From Daphnia carinata (Eukaryota), in assembly GCF_022539665.2 (NCBI RefSeq), contig NC_081331.1, positions 2,480,001-2,544,000 of the forward strand: 64,000 nt of DNA, written 5' to 3'. Below are positions 1-14,810 of this stretch, in pieces (position 1 is the first letter of the stretch; every line of letters starts with the position of its first letter). The translations under genes were made by a program, and so were the position numbers. A model generated the notes under the pieces. The model was not told the DNA's origin and did no database searches. It saw only the letters and a list, made by a program, of their open reading frames with translations.

Positions 1-1895
1 ACAAGATAAGAAAAAAAAAAAAAAACAAGGGAAAAGATTGAAAAGAAAACGGCCAACAGGGATTAATTCTTTCTTTTTTTTCAATCGGCTGAGTGTGTAT
101 ACGATGTGCGTCTCGGACAAAGTCAAATACAATGTTGTTCATTCTTCGTTCGCTCTGTCCAACTCGGCCCGATTGTTCTCAATTTCGCTCCTCCCAATAT
201 CGTTTTGTTGGCCGTTACAACTACTATACAATCCCCTATCTATTGCTTGCTCGATATTGGGTTTCTTCTCGTTGTTGCCTCCTCTAGAAAACGTCTAGCC
301 ACGACAGACCGGTCGATATACACACAGCTTGTCTTTACAACTACGGTCGACTTACTGTTTAATATACTCAGTGTTGAATTTGTGAATTTCTACTCGGCTT
401 TTCTTTCATGTTTTGTGTTTGCTGTGTAAATGTAAACATGCTAATTCAAGTAGTGAAAGCTCCGAGCCCCTCCACCCCACCAAAAATAAAATGGAATATG
501 GCAGCAAGTCCCGGCAGGGCTTCAAAAGAAAAGATCAATGTCTGATTCATTTTTTTTTTTCTTGGTAGGGAAGCCACTTTGGAGAGGTCATGCGGATATT
601 TCCATCACAAGTAATGGCAAGGATCAAGGACCAGAGGAACTAAATTCGTTGTCGTATTTTTGGGCGCGTTGTTGTGACACAAAACAAACCCTTCAACATG
701 AATTTTTGTTTTCCTACTCGGATTCGCGAATTTAGTTTCCCTGAGCTTTCTGTTGTTATTTTCCACCACATGACATCATGAACATATTTTAAGCCGACCA
801 GCTCACACTCATTTGCATCTATTGCCAAGCTACGATGGACCCAAGTCAAAAACACGATTCGTACCTAATGACGTGGCCGACCAAAAATGTTCACAGCGAT
901 CAAAAAATAACTAATGAAAGTAAAAAACCATTAGGACTTCAATTTAATCAAAGAGGCACTTGACGATGGGTTCCAATTAAGATATCGCTTTCTTGTTCAA
1001 CGCCTTTAGCCATATGCAAACGACACGCAAAATATAAAGGCCTTTTCGAATTACGTAAACGCAGCTCATTATGACGGCAGCAGTCTGACCAAGCTGACAA
1101 ACACGGACGTCGGCGTGCGTCAATGGTGGATATCCCTAGAAAGAAACCCCAACTACCGTCCAAGCTAAAAACTTACGGGAAAAAAAAAAATCTCAGCGTC
1201 CCCATAATTAAATCATTTCCCTTCGACGAACTAGTGTTGTATCACGTTTCTCTATTTTCATAATTGTACGAGATCGCCACATTCAATACGCAAAGAAAGT
1301 TTGACGGGCGGCCCGTTCTGTTTGGGAAGTTCCACGTCCCCAAATTCAATTTGGAAATTTTGCCTTGTTCTCTTTCTCCACTGTCTACGTCTTGGACAGC
1401 GTTTTGATGGATGATCGTATTAGGCACTGGAAGACCTTTGACGTCAAGTAATATAATATCTCCCATGATTGGAGAGGGAAGGCGGAGTGAAGGATAAAAT
1501 ATGAAAAGAGTCAATGGCAAAACTGAATAGAAATCATTTTTTTTAGCGCCCCGTTTTGTCAACGGGCACACCCCACAGAAGAATACAAAAGTGCCTCCTT
1601 CTCCACCCCCACCCCAACCAAAAAAAAAGAGCCATGACGCACAAAAAGCTCTTTTAAACCAGCCCCGTCTTATTCATCAGAGTCTAGGCGATTCAAGGAG
1701 GCAGCATTTACCGGAGCTCTCTCTTTTTGTTCCCAAAAAGATTTAAGATGACACAAGGACGGCCCAATAAGGCCACCGGACGAGGATGCATAGGTTTAGT
1801 TTTGGGTAGGATAAAAAAAAAAAAAAGGGAATTTGGCATTGACATCAACAGTTGAATGAAAGTGTAGTATATAAAAACATTTTTTTTCAATTTAC

Positions 1896-4800
1896 CTTGG
1901 AAAGATGCTGGAATAAAGATTCGCCCGTGTAGGGGATCTCCTCCGTGTCGGAAGCGTACTGGACGTCGGAGAGGGCGACGTGAGGCAGCGTGTGACGCGG
2001 TCGCCTGTCCATCCCGGCAGGGCCGTGGGCGCCGGGCAGCGGCGGACTCAGTAAATTGGCTAAAGCTTTCAAGCCGCTGGCCAACTGCGGTGGCATCGTG
2101 GATGACTCGAGCAGCAAATCGGTCACCAGACCATGAGCTTCGGACAGCAAGGCCACGTCCAATCCCCAAAGAGCTGCACTCTATTGTCAAATTACACAAC
2201 GGTTAATTAAATTTGCCAAAAGCAGGAGAGAGTGGACAGGTTTTTTTTTTTTAAATACAACAATTTTAACAAGCAGTTCAATCAACAGGCGTCCGCAAAA
2301 CGTAACAAATAAAATTCCTGGAACGAGTATTTTTGTGTGTGTGTTCTATTTCTAGTGCGCGTGTAGTATTCAGAATTCTTTTTTGGTATTCCATGCAATG
2401 GATTCGCAGTCACAACTCGCCCTTGAGTGTACGGCAGAAATGGAGCCACGTCGCAAGAATTCAAAGTTTCAGTGAATCATGGATCAACAATTTTTCTATT
2501 TGCATGTTGAAATAGGCAAGTCGCCGAAAAAAATTCCAAAAGAAACAAACAGCGCCATTTCCTTTTTCTTTAAATACTATCTCATTTTTTCCCTTCTCCT
2601 TTCCTATTTTATTGTCCTTGTCGTCGTTGCTTTTCTTGTTTACTGTATTATACATTCCATTTGTCTATGACTTGCTGGCATCCCATCATCATCCTCTACA
2701 GGTTCTACAAGTATACAAGAAGCGCGACCCCGATCAGCTTCTCCTTGCGATAGACCAAAGCGGTAGCTTCGTAAAAAAACGCGCAAGACACTAGCACAGC
2801 AGCGGTTCTTCTTTTTGAAATCCAGCTGCAGTATGCGGGAATGGGTCACGACGTCAAGCAACGGCAAAAGAGGGAAAAAAATTTGTTTGTTTTTACGATT
2901 CTGCGGTATTTTTTTTTTCTTACCGCTGGCACTCAGGCGCAGGAGTATATGTATATTTTTAGGACTCTACGACACGCAGTGTCACACAGGTGGTCCCACT
3001 GCTGGATTCCCTGTAGCGCCGTCAGTGTCGTCCATTTCTTTCTTTTCTTTCTTTTTTTTTAATATCTTTTGGTCTGTGCGACAAATCATTTTGTATTTTT
3101 TCTCACTAAAGTGGTATTCCTTTCAACTTTGTAGGCTGAATTTAATAAATTGTGTAATCCAGTTGTTATTGGTTGTACTCGTATGTAGATTTCTTCTTCC
3201 CAATCCACAAAAATGTAAATACGAAAAGGATAGCCAACAATCGCAGCTTCTCAATACTTTTTTTTTTTTTGCTCACACAAAAAACTACCATCAAACTTTT
3301 CTTATTACACCCTACTGAAGGGAAACGTCGTTTAACTTTGATGCTTAAACAGTCAAAAAAGAAAAAGTTCGGGCTTCGTCGCCGCACATCGATCCGTACC
3401 GACCCCAAAGTTTCACGGTTACGAGAGTTGCGTGCCGGTACATTTACGGCGGTGTATATAATACCGTACGTCGGGGTAGTATAAAAATTCAACCGAGTGG
3501 ATGGCGTAGTACAGGCACACAAAGAGTACGTCCGTTTTCTCCCACCCATTTGGGGGATTGAATTATGCAGCATGGGCCCCGGCCGTCGCTGACTCGCATT
3601 ACTCGGCCAACAGTTTTGAACGGGGAGGGCCATTTAGGAGACTTTATTTCCTCGAGACATTATCAACTGATTACCTAACCCTCGTAACTCTACAGTTGCC
3701 CACCATTGTTTCTCTCCAGTAGCCTCCTCGTCTTTGTTCTCATTGCTGCTTTCCATTAGACGTCTATCATGTGCGTTTCTAGTACGACGATATATTTCCC
3801 TTTTTTGTGCGCAATGGATGTGTAGGGTTCTTTAATGTGCACCGCGATGTCATCATTAGCAGCTTCGTGCACAAGAGTGGCAACACGTGTACGAGTTAAT
3901 CAAGTTTAAACGTTACATTTGCGAAATGCGATTTTTTTTTTTTGCTCATTTACTTCTGTTTTACGAAACGATCGGAACTGTGTCAATCGCACTGTACGTT
4001 TCACACGTCCAAGAGAATTCCAAAAGAAATGGAGAAATAGGAAGACAAGTTTTGTTTGCGAGTTGTAGAAATAGCGATGAAAGAAATGCTTCAAAGTGTT
4101 GATTCACTGGCCGTGTTAAACCATGGTAAACATTAAGAAAACAAAGGCCTGAAGATTAAAACAAATTTCATGTTCGATCGTGATTCGATTTGGGAAACGA
4201 TCGACTCGCTGCTGAATCTAGAAACAGACAAAAGCAATTTTTCTCCTTGCCTTCTTTTACATGTGCAAAAAGGAATAAAGGAAGTGAACAAAGGAAAGCA
4301 TCGTAATAATTCATTTCAAGTTGCCTATCGACGATAGTGTTTGGCTCTATGAAGAAAAAAAAAAATCTAAAGTTTCATCGAAGATATAAAAGAAAAAGAG
4401 GCTGGGGATTCACTCGATATCGATCGTAGCTGAGCCTTCGAGACTTGCACTAAAATGGGATCTCTCTATATTTTTCTCGTCTTGTTATTCTCATCAGCAA
4501 ACAATTCAGACACGATCGCGATGAAACCTGGTAAATCTCTTACAATTAAAAGCGAAGTATTTCCATCGCATCTTTCACCGTTTTCCCTACACTGCACCCG
4601 CGCGCAGTAGTCTCGACATCGTTAACTAAACAATAGAGGAAAGGCTGCTGATGTTTCTCTCCCTTACCCTATGGAAAGACGGATACGAAAGAAGCGGTCC
4701 TACGAACGCGTTGGATAATGAACGTATTATAACAAAGACAACGACGGCTCCACTGTCAAATAAAAATGGCCCAACTTCTAAGACAATAGGTGTCTGCCTC

Positions 4801-7800
4801 ATATTAGATGATGAGCCATAACCCCCCTCCCCCCCCCCCCAAAAAAAAAGGCAATGAAAAAACGTATAGCAGCTGGTGCCAACTCGCATTTTGATTAACG
4901 CATTTAAAAAACTGAACAGGCAAATAAATTCGTGACTGTTGATAGCAAGTAGATGAAAAACCCAACCGCTTGAAGGCCATTCAACAAGTTCGATTCCTTC
5001 TCTTTCAAAACCTCATGAACGCCCAGCATTTTCTGCCGTGTTTTTAGAAAAATCGAGGGGGAGTTTTAGACCATAATAATTCGTTGTTGGATGATGCGTA
5101 GTCGTGCACGGCCTCCCTAGAATCGTCTACATTCACCTCTCTGCCCGTTTGAGCAATAAAAACGAATCGAATTCCTATTTTTATGGTTGGGGAATTTCCA
5201 ACGCAAAAGACGCCTTCGTTTTGCGTGTTAAGGCATCATCTGTCAACCCGAGATCTGTCAACGCCACCATCATTATTAAACCGGGAAGCGGGGGGGGAGG
5301 CATCATTATACCTCTTCCCGATTTTGTTGATATAGTACAGACTGCCTTGCTACTCGCGCTGGTATCGGGTTCATGCGTACACAAGAGAAAAACAAAAGAA
5401 GACTGCTAGAGGCTGCCGCTCATGATATCATTACTCAACTGAGCTGCTGCAACGCCAGAAAAAAAAAAAGAGAAACACAAAAGAAGATGTTATGGTCTTT
5501 TTTGTTTTTACGATGAGCGACACACTTGTCGTTTCCAATTAAGGTAATCATCTTTGAAAAGAGGGAATTTAAATCTTTAATTTGTAACGAAGAAACAAGT
5601 TGAAGATGACGCATCTGAAAGGTAAATTGGATAATGCTAACCCTAACTTTGCCTTGTAACATGATAGAAATAGCTGTCATTAAGAGCAAGGCACGCGAGA
5701 TGCTGATTATTCCTTTACATTAACGATTGAAAGTTGAACAATGTGTTCATGCCTCTGTGCAGCGTCGCCTTAGCAGCGCCACTAAAGTAAGGATTTCCAC
5801 AGAAATTGAACAACGAAAAGTTTGGATAAATAATACTTAAAAAAATAGAACAAGCTTTAAAAAATACAAAATTAAAGAAGACGTTGAGATTTAAAAAAAA
5901 AGGAGGGAGCTATTAATATTATTTGGCTTACACTAAGCCTGAAGCTTCTTCCACTCACACGACATTTTCGATTTATTGGGATTAGGGGTTCTATGTAAGG
6001 CTTATTACTTTCAATCTGAGTCGATAATGGATGCGGCAAAGAGCCGATGGCGCACACAGACCAGGACGGCCAATGAATTCAATGATGACGCACACAATGA
6101 TCGTACGCTCTTATCGAACAACGGCAAGGGGATTTCGGTCAGGAGATAAAATCAGTTCCATAAAGATAAAGATCAAAGTTAAACCTTCCATCAGACTTAT
6201 TAGAAGATGTCATCAACATTTCGCCAGCCGCCATAGCGACTTTGTTATCAACCGGAATGTTTCAGTCATGTCCCACTATTTGCATATTATCGAGACATAA
6301 AAACAAAAAAAAACCATATCAGATATGAGCTGTTATTACGCATTTTTTTCTTTTCGCTAGCGGATTGGGCACCAGTTTACTTTATGGCTCAGGAAGTAAT
6401 CCGTAAAGTGCACCCACGATCAAGGCGGTGCGCTATCTGCGTTAACCTTTGACATTCATTGGCGGAAACCAAACGAGTTGTAAACAACATTTTATTAAGC
6501 AAAGAGAGAGAGAGCGCAATAATTTTAAAAAAATCTGTAGCCCCACGAAATCACCCCATTGCGTTATAACCGTCTGAATCAACGGTTTTAAGGAACTAAT
6601 TGTTCACAATAGAGCCACTAATAATCAAATGTAGCAATCCCTCCCCATATCAGTAAATTACAGGAAGACACACAGACAAAAAAAAAAGCATTTTTAGGCA
6701 TCGTGACAAGTGCCATCCAAACGATTTTCCTTGCCAATGACGTCAGAGGTCAAGCCCCCCTTTTTTTTGCTAGACAAGAAAAACAAAAGAAATGTCACGA
6801 AGCAGTGCCCGGTGTGTGAAAGAAAAAACACACACACACACGAAACATCGCAAAGTCCACTAACAAGTACGTCCCCAATCTTTACTTCTTTTTTTCCTCG
6901 TATAGAGCAAAAAAAAAAAAAAGGAAAAGTAAAAGACAGAAGCAAATGCCATTTAGACAAAGCTAAAAGATTGCTTTTTCTGCCTATCTCCATTTGTAAT
7001 CCCGTTTTATTTCATCTGCTAGCCGCCTAGACAACTACCGTGCTCCTAAAAATGCGTTTTATTATGTTGGTTAAATTCAATTGGGTTTGTAAACGACACT
7101 GTTTGTTAAGTTTCCGCGTCTTTGATGTCCCCGAAATGCAACAAATAAAAAAAAGCGGTAATTTTTTTTCTCTACAGTGTCGTTTAACATAGATATTCTC
7201 TTCTTTTTTTTTCAGTCCCATTCCACCGTAAAAACCTTTTACACAAGAAAAAGGAGGAAGAGGCATGTACAAGTTTTTTTTTTTTTTTTACTAGGCAAGA
7301 ACCTAAATGGAGAAACCCGTGAAACGGCGCAGCAGCTTGGGACGCCAAGGATTTATAGCTGGACTCAGCGGAACAGGCGGACGCGGCTGCACGAGTGGGA
7401 AAGTAGTAATAGTATAGAGAGAGAGTTTCTTTTTCCGGGTTCTCGGCACTGGCGGCCATCACGCGCTGGGTCCATCTCGTGCTATGACGTCATCGCCAGG
7501 CGACGGGCCATTTCATGTTGATGTACGCACAACGAAAAGAACAAGAGTGGAGAGGGGGGGGGGGGGGTCCAAGAAGAAAAAAAAGCAAAAGCAATCAACC
7601 GAACCAAACGGTAATAGATGTAATTTAACGTATCATTGTATCACGACACACGAACGGGATTTGGAAAATCCAATTTGCTTTTACTTTTAGCGCGATTACC
7701 GAAAATTAGAAATTTGCGGGGTTCTTGTAACCACGTACGAAAAAACAATAGAAGATTCCCAGTGTGCTTTAATTTAAATGAAACTTCGCTTATCGAATTG

Positions 7801-10800
7801 AAGGAATGAATCGCAGACTTTTCTCTTCGTTTTCTTTTGTTTGTTGTTTTCCCTCCATCCGAGGAGATTGGACAGCCGGTGTCGGCGAATCGATGGCCGA
7901 AACCCAATAGCAAAAGAAGAAACGGACAGAACAAACGCAATGGACGAGAACAAAGGAAGAACGTTACTGTCGCGTGCAAGTAGCCGAGCTGAAAAAAAAC
8001 TTTTCGCGTGCATCGAGAATGTACGCCTTGTCCTTTTTTTGGATTGCAAAAAATCGATTCCGCATTTGTATTTTTACCCTCTTCCGACATCGGATGTTGC
8101 CACTACTGTCTGTAAATCACCCACGCATAAATAAGATTACGCCATTTATCCACATTCCAGTGACACACATTCGACTCGAGCGCGATAACAAAAACCGTGT
8201 AAAACGTCGGCATTTGAAAATTGAAAGAAAACTGGTTTTTCTAAGGCGGCTTTGAAAATCAACAACAAAAAACGACGTTGACATATCGAAAACTCATTGG
8301 GATTGCTGAAATAGCGTAAGCGTGAAACGGATCGATAGAGCTTAGGCAACGGCCTTGAATTGTCGTGAAAATTTCACGTTTTTTTTTTTTTTTTTTTAAC
8401 ATTTCTTCTTTGCCCTTGTATTGCAGGCGGCCCGTTACCGCACTACTGGTTTTCTGTCAGATAAACGGAAAGAAACAAATAGTCTCTGTTGTTTTAGTCC
8501 TTTAGCGGTTGTGCGCAGACATTTTTATTTTAGCGGGGCAAAAGAAAAGTTTCAAATGCAAACCTCATGGCGTAGTGTCTATACAATTGCGAGTTGTTGG
8601 CAAAATGAAAACTCACGACCCACCCTCATTACGTATTCGCCAGGTGCGCCCTGAAGTTGGACAATTGGACATGTGTCGTGCTTTTCAGCCGTTTCAATAA
8701 AAAAAAAAAAAAGGGCCACGCAATTTTTATTATGCACTAGACAATCAACAGCACGCAGCTCCCGTTTGGTAAATTTAGTGGCCTGAAATCGTGTCGATGC
8801 TCAGTTGCGATTACCCTCTCAATAAATAACATTTTCTTTTTTTTTTTTCAAGAACAAAGAAGTTTAAGTTAAAAATTGCAGTTTCATTTGTATAGAAAAA
8901 GATTCGTGACTATCTTCTTTTTTTCTTTCGCCCTTTCAAAAAACCTGACCATGTCGAGCATCTCCATATTTGCATGACAGATGGATAATAAATAAAAAGA
9001 TACCCTACGACTCTCGATCACGACACACACCACGACGTCCAATTGAACAAAATAACCAAAGAACCACACAAATAACAGATTGATCGAGATTGAGAGAAGG
9101 GGCCTGCCTTAAATGGGGTGCTCAATGAACTGGAATTGTTTTTCTCGTGGCCCGGCCGACCTCCTTTCGAACGGTTTTTTGTTCCTTCGCTGACGAGACG
9201 TTCGTGTTTGGCAAACTCAAAACAGTGGCAAAAAACAATATGCGCCAACCATTAAAGGGTTATTCGACCTCGAAACAAGTTCTTTTCAATCTACCGGACA
9301 AATTGACTCGCTTGTTGACAGTTGTTGGCTTTGTTATCGGCCGGCCGACTTTTTTTTTTTTGGTCCAGCAGGTGTTGTTTCACCAACTGTCGCGACATAA
9401 TAGATCATTTTTAAAACAATACTGACTGCAGTCCTTTTGGCTGACGACTTTGAACGCACGAATTTATCAGTTTTTTGCCGTCCAAGTTTGCGGACGCGAC
9501 CATTAATAATGTCGATATCAAGTCGCCATTGTGCGACGAACATCAAGGTTTCGTCTGCGTTCCAAATACGAATACAAGGGAGTGCACACAGTTGGCGCCC
9601 ACTGGGCCGGGCAAACAAATAGCCAAACAAGGTACGGTGGCAACAATAAGAGAAACAAGTGGCCGGCTCACAATTAGAAAGTGAGGATTCCTCCCTCCGT
9701 TTTACAATATATCGACATCGGAACAGCCTGTTGATTTACAGCTGAACACAAAAAAAAAAAAAAAAAAACCCAACCAAAACAATCGATAAGAAAACAATGA
9801 AGGAACTTACCGACACCAAGTCTTTTTTGTTGGCCAGCAAGGCCGGCAGGGACGTCCTTCTGACTTTGTTGTTGGCCGGCGTGTTGCTGCCTTGAGAGGC
9901 GCCCGACTGGGCGGCCGAAGTGGCCGCTGACGCCTGCGACGACGTCAGGGCGGCGCTCGATGTCCGCCGGCGACGGGCAGCCATGACGCGCGATTCGTGG
10001 TCCACAGCCGAAGTGCGTCTGCTTCCGGCGCCACTACCATTGCCACCCGACAGCGGAGGTAATTGAGGGTTGGCAAGGCTATTACTGTTGATCAAGATGG
10101 GCACGACGTCCGGTTGAATCAGTGACGTCTCGGTGAATTTAGCTAACAAAACTCCCAGCAATCCGGCTAGGTAAGTAACGGCTGGACGGAGAATAATCGG
10201 CAATGACGGCAGAGTGACACAGCCAGCGCTGCGGAGTAGAACGACCGAGACGACGATGAAAGTAGATTGCGAACTAGACAAAGTGTCGGTCAATCTTGAC
10301 GTGGCCGCCAACGTCAACGTGTAGGTCAGCAAGTAGAGAGGATGCAGTAGAAATTGGGTTGTTTCCCTGCGCGGCAGGGCCATGCCGCCTAGTCCAACAG
10401 CGGGCCCTCCATCTTCCGACTCCTGATGGTGTCCAGCTTCGTTAATATGGACAGCAGCTGCAGCTGCTGCTCCTCCTCTGGCGTCCCATCCATTCTGTTC
10501 AGGAGAAAAAGAGAAAGAAACATCGTCATGAAATGCAGTTTTACACAATCAATCTAGTTTATACTACGTCGTCGAGCACGTAAAGAAGGAAATTGCATAA
10601 TAAGCCCTTCTTTTTTACGTTTTAGTAGATTTCTATGAAACCAACTGCGTCGGGTAGTAACGGAGAGAAAAGCGCCCTTAAAAAAAAAATACATAACTCT
10701 ATGACCTGTGTTGGACATTTTCCCAGGAATTTATCATTGCGATTCGCAGCTGTTTTATAGCCGTTCCAAAATGACGAGTCCAAAAATTCTTTTGCTCTCT

Positions 10801-10841
10801 TTTTTTCTCTTGTTGATGAGATTTCTCTCACCGCCATACAT

Positions 10842-10890
<49 letters not shown>

Positions 10891-13558
10891 GGGGGGGGGG
10901 GGGGGGAGGAGCAAAAGAAAAGAAATAATTGAAAAAGAAAACAAAAAAAGGTATGAAAAATGAATCAATCTTGTAGTGTTTTTTTCCCCCCCAATGCGTT
11001 ATTCCGGTTACGATGGGACACACCGCATGTCCGATTAGGAATGTGCTCTGAGTTGCTAACGGTCAGAAGTGATGCAACAAATGGCTATGTGTCGGCCTTG
11101 TCACGCTCGTTTGTTCGACCTATACGTGTCGTCACACTTGTCTACAGTACGAGAAAACATTCCCACACTACATGCAGATTCGCAATCTGTGGCTTTTAAA
11201 ACACGGCGCCATTTACTCTTACACCACTTCGCTTTGTTTCAACTACCAAGTTCGCGTCTGCAAATGCGACCAAGATTCTTGACAACGCTTTTCAAAATCG
11301 TGAATGGCATCCTTAATTCGACCCTCGTTTGAATTTTCTTTTTCTGCGTATTCACAAACAAATGAGGTAGCAATACCACTCGACATTCGCTTTATCTGCT
11401 TATTATGCGGACAAACGGCTTATCCTTTTCTGTTTATGTTCTCGTTTTTCCAGTCGTTATTTTAACGATTGGAAAGCGTTTTTCAATGCCGTTAGGAGGC
11501 AGGCGGATGCAAAAGAATAGGCAAAAATTTGACTCGAGCGTGTGATTCATTTGAATTTGGCGTCATAAATCAGCCAAGTAAAAAAAAAAAGAAGCGAAGG
11601 ATAGCAGTTATAATTGAAGAATCGTTGCAAAGTACGAGAAGCTTAGTACCGGTCATAAAATATTCGGCCGGACATGACACGGATACGACACTTTGGGACA
11701 AACAAAAAACGGCGAGGACTGAAAAAGAGTGTCCTGTTTACTTGTGCGCGTATCGATGTCAGATTGGGATCTTCATTGTGCCAGTGAAATCAATCAGTCG
11801 AGTGGATGTGAAAACATGAAAACCTTGTCCTCCGTTTACGGTCGGGACTCACCGCAGACAAAAATAGACAGCCGGTCCGCTCGTTGTCTTGACAGACGGA
11901 CTAAACAACAACTTGCTAAAAATAGGTGGATAGTCATATCTGTCTTCACTCGCCCATTATAAGATAATAAAAGCCTTCGAAAACGGAAGAAAAAAAAAAC
12001 GCATAAAGATTTTTATGAAAATTGCAACTACTTTATTTCTTTCCTAACTCTTTTTCCCGAGATTCCCGAAATCGCTAAGCTTGGGCTTTGTTCAAGCGTA
12101 TGGTCGATCAGCATTAAAAAAATAAGAAGGGGGGGGGGGGGGAGTGAAAACCTTTCAAAAAGCTTGAAAAAAGATTCGGACAATAGGCCAAAAGAGTAAA
12201 GTTATTATGCTTTTGTTATTGCTCCACATAGCAACTCCTTCCGGATTGGGCAACTAGTGACCAATAAAAAAAAAAAAAACGAAAACCTGTTCGAATAACA
12301 TACGATTTCTAGACGTGTCAGCTGGTTGAAACCTTGTCCATTCCACATTCTCTTATTTGACAATTGGACGTATTTCACGCGAGACAAAGCGTGATGGAAC
12401 GATGTCAAACGCCATTCCATCAGCTGCAGGTGACTAAACCAGAATCACCGTCACCAATTCGACATGACCTAAGGGATTTTTGAATATTTTCTTAACTTCA
12501 AGAGGGGAAAAAAACATAATCAATTTTTGCATGCGAAATTCTCTCCGCATGGAGGAAACAAGATACGATAACACCTTTCCCTCATCTTTATTGAAGTCGA
12601 CTCTGTTGTTGACAAAACGTGGCAGCTGCCACGCAAATTTCCGAGTTTTTCGCTTTGCATCGCGCGGGTTTTGATGTTTAACTTTCCCTTTTTGTCTGTG
12701 TTTCGCGGTCGAAAAATCAACGACTCGACAACATGTTGGATGGGGATGTCAAAAGGTACACGACTGGTTAGAGGGAGTTTACGTGTGAGTTTTGTATTGA
12801 TCGCAAACACGTCCAACCACCAGCTGGCCGCCACCACCACACAGAGCCCACCTTTTAAAGCTAACCCGCTGGATAGTGATTATTCCAATGCACTATGCAT
12901 GCTAGACTCTTATTAAGTATTCCACTAGGTGTCACGCTCAAATTATTCACGGGGAAGCACCTGACGCATTTGTAACGAAAAAAAAAAGGTGGTACAACAG
13001 AGAAAGAAACAAGTTTTTTTTTTCAATGACTACCTGAACTTCTAGAGCCGTCGACAAGAAGAAGCCGACCGTTTCGCCGACGACGCTGCCGCAAAACGTC
13101 AGGTAAATGCCCGTCGGCGTCCAAGAGTGGCGGAATCCGAGGGCCAGGAGCAAATAGCCGGACATGAGGGCGAAGAAAGGGACGGTCAGGGAGCAGAGCT
13201 GCGAATAAATCCAAACGACGTCCATGAGGACCCACAATATCGTGAGAAGAGATCCAACAATAACCGACCCGACCGCTAGGATCCAAGGTGTCCACCTCGG
13301 GGGGCAATGTCGTTCCACGGTCGCTGAAATCCAATGAAAAATATCCCGACCCGTAGAACAAGCTTCACGGAAGCCAAAGATCCGCCCGCTTCCGCTTTCT
13401 AAAACGCGAACAGCGACGGAAACGTAAGGACTCCCGCTCGCACCGATTTGACTGTTAATGTCTTTATTATTATGATTTTGCTGTTGGTATTCGCTTGAGC
13501 GGCTTCCACGACGAGAACTTCCCCTCCGCCCGGTGCCGCTTGCTGTCAAACTGCCCAT
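1896..13558 (-). CDS. PDE3: cGMP-inhibited cAMP phosphodiesterase (PDE3-like), N-terminal three coding exons; catalytic exons lie left of the window
   Basis: Phase-0 exons 13558-13034 (MGSLTASG..., hydrophobic segments), 10494-9811 (more hydrophobic segments, RRRRTSS and RRTSLP motifs) and 2180-1896 (DVALLSEAHGLVTDLL...LKALANLL). These match recalled vertebrate PDE3A motifs RRRRSSS, RRTSLP and DIAVMGEAHGLITDLL. All boundaries are GT-AG. Confidence 0.85.
10843..10906 (+). repeat. Long poly-G tract (G45-CCC-G16) in a PDE3 intron
   Basis: Directly visible; it produces the spurious poly-Pro and poly-Gly ORFs. Confidence 0.95.
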
Positions 13559-14810
13559 CTCGTTGCCGTATGCAATATGCGCACAGTAGTCAAAGCCTAC
13601 CCTTTCTGATGTTTGTAATTGAATGGATCTATAGAAGAAAAGATGCTCGAATGCGGCGCCGACCAGACGTGATCTGCACACTGACGCCCAACAATAACAA
13701 GGACAAAGTAATACGACGATTGGGAAATGTAGGGGATAGAGAAAGAGAGTTGTTTGGCGCAACACAGCCGAGCCAAGTCAATGTCACAAACAGCAAGATT
13801 GAATAATACGACCGAGGTCGGGTTCACCCGCCGCGTGCATTCGACACGTTTTTTTCCCCAACTTTTCCTTTTTTTTTTTTTAACTTCGTTATTCTCTTCT
13901 TCGTCTTCTTCTCTTTTTGCTGCCCATCAGGAAATGAACTTCCACAATAATAGACAGTAGCGCCAAATGCAGTACGGGCCAGTTATCTTATTCACAATGG
14001 GCCAAATGACAAGAGCTGGCCACGACAATGGTTGGCTAATCGAAAGGAATTGTGCCCACGACGATAGACGGCCTGACGACAAACCAGCTGCACATGATTT
14101 GTTCACAATCACTGTTAACATCTGCATCGGAATTTAAATAGCACTCACTCAAATGTATCCACCCACAGATTTTTGTCCACAATATGTTGGCAATACGAGT
14201 TGCGGTGTGATTGAAACTGTTGCGCCAATAAAACTCGTCGGCAACTTTGTCAACATTCTTTGGGGGCGAACAACAATACTGGGTGGGTGGGTCTTCTTCC
14301 CGTTTTAACGAACGCAAAATAAAGGAAATATTGTTGGCCCGGCAGTGTGAATAGTTCTGCGACGGCCAGAACACTGAAGCCCATCGGCTGTGTTGGCAAG
14401 GATTTTGAAGCAAAGCCAAACAGGTGACGTATATATCATACGAGGGAAGGGGACAAAAGGAGTGAAAGGCGGTCCGAAGGTGTGTGATGGAATGGGCCAA
14501 TAATACCGTCGCTTTTTTGCGCGTCCACTTTTTCAAAGTCTAATTTAGTGCCCCGCGTTCACCGTCAACTCGTCCGACACGCAAAACATCACGAGAACTT
14601 TTGACGCATAAACACTAACGTTCCGGACGTTCAGCGTAATTCGCCATGTCGATGGCTAAAAACATAAGACTTAAAACATTGTTTGTACAATATCTTGAAT
14701 TTAAAAAAAAAATGAAGATAAGCGGGAAAAAAGTTATTAGAACACACTTCAGTTTACTCTGACGGAGGTTTCAGGTGACACTGAACCCGGTCCGGTTCCG
14801 ACTACCCAGC

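Noticed and set aside
10622..11023. Poly-proline and poly-glycine ORFs
   Set aside because: Translation artefacts of an intronic poly-G tract.
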